Below, piece by piece: positions 44,430 through 48,133 of a stretch of 48,133 nt of DNA; position 1 is the stretch's first letter; every line of letters starts with the position of its first letter. The translations under genes were made by a program, and so were the position numbers. Source of the stretch: Eubacteriales bacterium (lineage in GTDB: Bacteria > Bacillota > Clostridia > Oscillospirales > CAG-272); assembly GCA_045595425.1 (NCBI GenBank), contig JAZOAL010000083.1, positions 1 through 48,133 on the forward strand, read 5' to 3'. The notes below the pieces were generated by a model. That model was given only the letters and a program-made list of their open reading frames with translations. It did not search any database and was not told the origin of the DNA.

Positions 44430-45749
44430 TTAACTCATAAAAAGCTCGGTTTCTTTTTTGATTTCTTTTCGCATAAGGAAAAGAATGATAAGATTTATTA
44501 CAGTCATAGAGCCAAGGGCAAAATCAGCCATCTGCCACACTATTCCGCTGATGCGGCAGGCACCGAGAAAGATGCAGACGGTATATATAATTTTAAATAT
44601 TATCTGTGCCCACCTGCTTTTCGTCAGATATCCAAGTGTTACCGTTCCGTAATATGCCCAGCAGATAATGGTGGCAAAAGCGAAGAAAAACACCATAACA
44701 GTCATGAGAAGGGCTGACTTTTCTCCAAGTGCCGCCCCGTATGACGCTATCACCAGCTTCATTTCCTCTCCGGTTGCAAAACCACCCGTGCCGTCTCCGA
44801 AAACGAGCAGGATAGATAATGCTGTGAGGGTACAAAGCAATATCGTGTCGACAAATACCTCAATTATTCCCCATATTCCCTGCTCTGCGGCTCTTTCTGC
44901 ACGAGACGCAGCGTGTGCTATGGGAGCTGTTCCGCAGCCTGCTTCATTTGAAAGAAGCCCTCGCATACAGCCATAGCGGATCTGCGAGGAAAGAAGAAAA
45001 CCGAATATCCCTCCCGATGCGCTTTCCGCCGAAAAAGCTTCGCTTAGGATAAGCGCGAGGACTTCCCATATCCCATCACGGAATTGCCACATGACTACTG
45101 CTGACATACACACATACAAAACTGTCATTACAGGGATTATTACACTCGTCAAAGGCGAGATATCATACACACCCCGAAGAATAACCGCGCCGCAGATAAG
45201 AGCAAGCACTATGCCGGTTAGCACAGGAGAAATATCTGATATTTCTCCAAGTGAGCTTGAAACTGCATTTGACTGAAGCATGCACCCCATAGAGAGAGAA
45301 TTTACAAGGCACAAAATGGCAAAAATACTGCCGAGAGTCTTGCCCATCCGTCCGCCGAAAAAATCTTCTATATAATACATTGCGCCGCCGCAAATGCCGT
45401 TATTACTTCTCCTTCGGTGCTTATGAGCAAGTACTATCTCGGCATATTTCAGCACCATTGCCGCAAAGGCACTGATCCACATCCAGAAGACCGCACCCGC
45501 TCCTCCGAGGATTATGGCACTTGCAACGCCTACAATATTTCCAACACCGAGAGTTCCTGCAAGTGCTACCGTCAGCGCGCCGAAGCTTGACACTCCTTTG
45601 CCCGAACCAGAGCTTCGCAGAACCGAAAACGCCTTTTTGGGTTTTAATATAAAAAAGAAACCAAGATAAATCAGAAAAAATATGCCCAAGCCGATGAGCA
45701 TTATAGGAACTGCCGCTCCAAGTATGTATCTGCCGAAAATATCTGACAT
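44430..45749 (-). CDS. Alanine/glycine:cation symporter (AGCS family)
   Basis: 439 aa and polytopic, with AGCS-like blocks (GALTVALAGTLGVGNIVGVASAI, GGAGAVFWMW, SNEAGCGTAPIAHA). Confidence 0.88.
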   Translation of the reverse strand: MSDIFGRYILGAAVPIMLIGLGIFFLIYLGFFFILKPKKAFSVLRSSGSGKGVSSFGALTVALAGTLGVGNIVGVASAIILGGAGAVFWMWISAFAAMVLKYAEIVLAHKHRRRSNNGICGGAMYYIEDFFGGRMGKTLGSIFAILCLVNSLSMGCMLQSNAVSSSLGEISDISPVLTGIVLALICGAVILRGVYDISPLTSVIIPVMTVLYVCMSAVVMWQFRDGIWEVLALILSEAFSAESASGGIFGFLLSSQIRYGCMRGLLSNEAGCGTAPIAHAASRAERAAEQGIWGIIEVFVDTILLCTLTALSILLVFGDGTGGFATGEEMKLVIASYGAALGEKSALLMTVMVFFFAFATIICWAYYGTVTLGYLTKSRWAQIIFKIIYTVCIFLGACRISGIVWQMADFALGSMTVINLIILFLMRKEIKKETELFMS

Positions 45750-45776
45750 TTTCCCCTCCGAAAATTGTAATAAAAA

Positions 45777-45918
45777 TAATAATTTATCGGGCTGTTTGTA
45801 GAGTGACGAATTAACAAATTTAGATGTACGAACGCAAGCCTTCCCTATCAGGGAAGGCTAACGCTTGTCATCATCTGCCATAGTTCACCTTTCTACTCAC
45901 CGACAAATTATTGTTTAT
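45777..45918. repeat. Locus 4 of the TIR-bounded intergenic repeat family
   Basis: The L end ATAATAATTTATCGGGCTG (45777-45795) matches 10423-10441 at 18 of 19 positions. The R end CGACAAATTATTGTTTA (45902-45918) is the reverse complement of the locus 2 L end at 16 of 17. An internal hairpin is GCCTTCCCT-ATC-AGGGAAGGC. Confidence 0.75.
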
Positions 45919-46080
45919 AGCATCATTTTGATTGTCAAAAAAGTAGATTTCCGATTCAATATTATTATACGGAAAAGTTTATTAAGGTATGACGGAATGT
46001 GTTTTAGCAGACAAAACGACAAAGTGTTATGTTTTAATGAAAACAAAATGTGAATTATATGTTAAATCTGGAAAAAACAC

Positions 46081-46108
46081 TTGATTTTTGCCAATAATAG
46101 TGTAAAAT
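46081..46108 (+). promoter_or_regulatory. Putative sigma-A promoter of groESL
   Basis: TTGATT (46081-46086), a 16-nt spacer, then TAAAAT (46103-46108). It lies immediately upstream of CIRCE. Confidence 0.6.
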
Positions 46109-46119
46109 ATATTTGTAAG

Positions 46120-46146
46120 TTAGCAGTCGAACTCTCCGAGTGCTAA
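46120..46146 (+). promoter_or_regulatory. CIRCE operator (HrcA binding site)
   Basis: The sequence is TTAGCAGTC-GAACTCTCC-GAGTGCTAA, against the consensus TTAGCACTC-N9-GAGTGCTAA (17 of 18). It is 43 nt upstream of the groES ATG. Confidence 0.9.
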
Positions 46147-46188
46147 AACCTAAAAATTTTTATCTTTATATATAAGGAGGAACAAATC

Positions 46189-46473
46189 ATGACAATCAAG
46201 CCACTTGCAGATCGCGTTGTTATCAAGTCTGTTGAAGCTGAAGAAAAGACAAATTCCGGCTTCATTCTTACTACATCGGCTCAGGAGAAGCCCCAGATAG
46301 CTGAGGTTGTTGCCGTAGGTCCCGGCGGACTTGTTGACGGTAAAGACGTAGTTATGACGGTTAAGGTCGGCGACAAGGTTATCGTAAGCAAGTATTCCGG
46401 CACCGAGGTTAAGTGCGATGGTGTTGAATACAACATCGTTAGACAGAGCGACATTCTCGCGATCGTAGAATAA
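46189..46473 (+). CDS. groES: Co-chaperonin GroES
   Basis: 94 aa, MTIKPLADRVVIK...SGFIL...AEVVAVGPG, with RBS AAGGAGG. Confidence 0.97.
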   Translation: MTIKPLADRVVIKSVEAEEKTNSGFILTTSAQEKPQIAEVVAVGPGGLVDGKDVVMTVKVGDKVIVSKYSGTEVKCDGVEYNIVRQSDILAIVE

Positions 46474-48129
<1,656 letters not shown>

Positions 48130-48133
48130 TACC

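Noticed and set aside
44403-44717. 104-aa plus-strand ORF starting in repeat locus 3 and running antisense into the symporter gene
   Set aside because: It is antisense to a well-supported membrane transporter, has no RBS, and has His/Lys-rich nonsense composition.
45750-46188. Checked the long leader regions of the AGCS symporter, the ABC operon (29215-29471) and murA (42709-42901) for riboswitch or T-box signatures such as glycine or TPP
   Set aside because: I could not recognise conserved riboswitch cores (for example the glycine GGAGAG...CACCG, or the TPP CUGAGA...ACCUGAUCUGGAU). The symporter leader is instead occupied by repeat locus 4. An Rfam scan would be needed to be sure.

Overview
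The window looks like core chromosome of a low-GC Gram-positive anaerobe. The likely group is Clostridia, Oscillospiraceae/Ruminococcaceae-like. This is inferred from the CIRCE-regulated groESL, WhiA, a SpoIID-like protein, the miaB-ymcA-mutS-mutL order, a WalRK/YycHI-like operon and TTG/GTG starts behind strong GGAGG ribosome-binding sites. About 41 protein genes fill the window with short or overlapping junctions. They cover DNA repair and replication (mutS, mutL, dnaE, a ParC-like subunit), tRNA modification (tgt, miaB, tcdA, tsaC, an RluA-family synthase) and cell wall (murA, murB, an SLT transglycosylase, a SpoIID-like protein, WalRK-like). There are also the chaperonins groES/groEL, prfA, coaE, two transport systems and several poorly characterised membrane or secreted proteins. 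I found no rRNA, tRNA, CRISPR array, transposase, integrase, phage block or recognisable defence system, and no clear novel multi-gene system. The most unusual signal that the genes do not explain is a family of short intergenic elements. They are bounded by inverted copies of a 12-mer (AAACAATAATTT / AAATTATTGTTT) at four loci (about 10.4-10.7, 29.0-29.2, 44.3-44.4 and 45.8-45.9 kb). They carry shuffled hairpin modules and resemble non-autonomous MITE/REP-type repeats. Two copies place the same 19-mer, containing a -10-like TATTAT, just upstream of unrelated genes. Secondary observations are listed here.
- A 36-codon gene remnant sits between apbE and miaB.
- A NusG_II / Gx-transporter / ApbE module is translationally coupled.
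- A SpoIID-like protein carries a roughly 190-aa insertion and is paired with a small anchored protein behind a consensus promoter.
- A WalRK-like operon has YycH/YycI-like partners.
- A 51-nt perfect palindrome lies between two convergent genes.

All functional calls rest on motifs read from the supplied translations and on synteny. No database search was possible.
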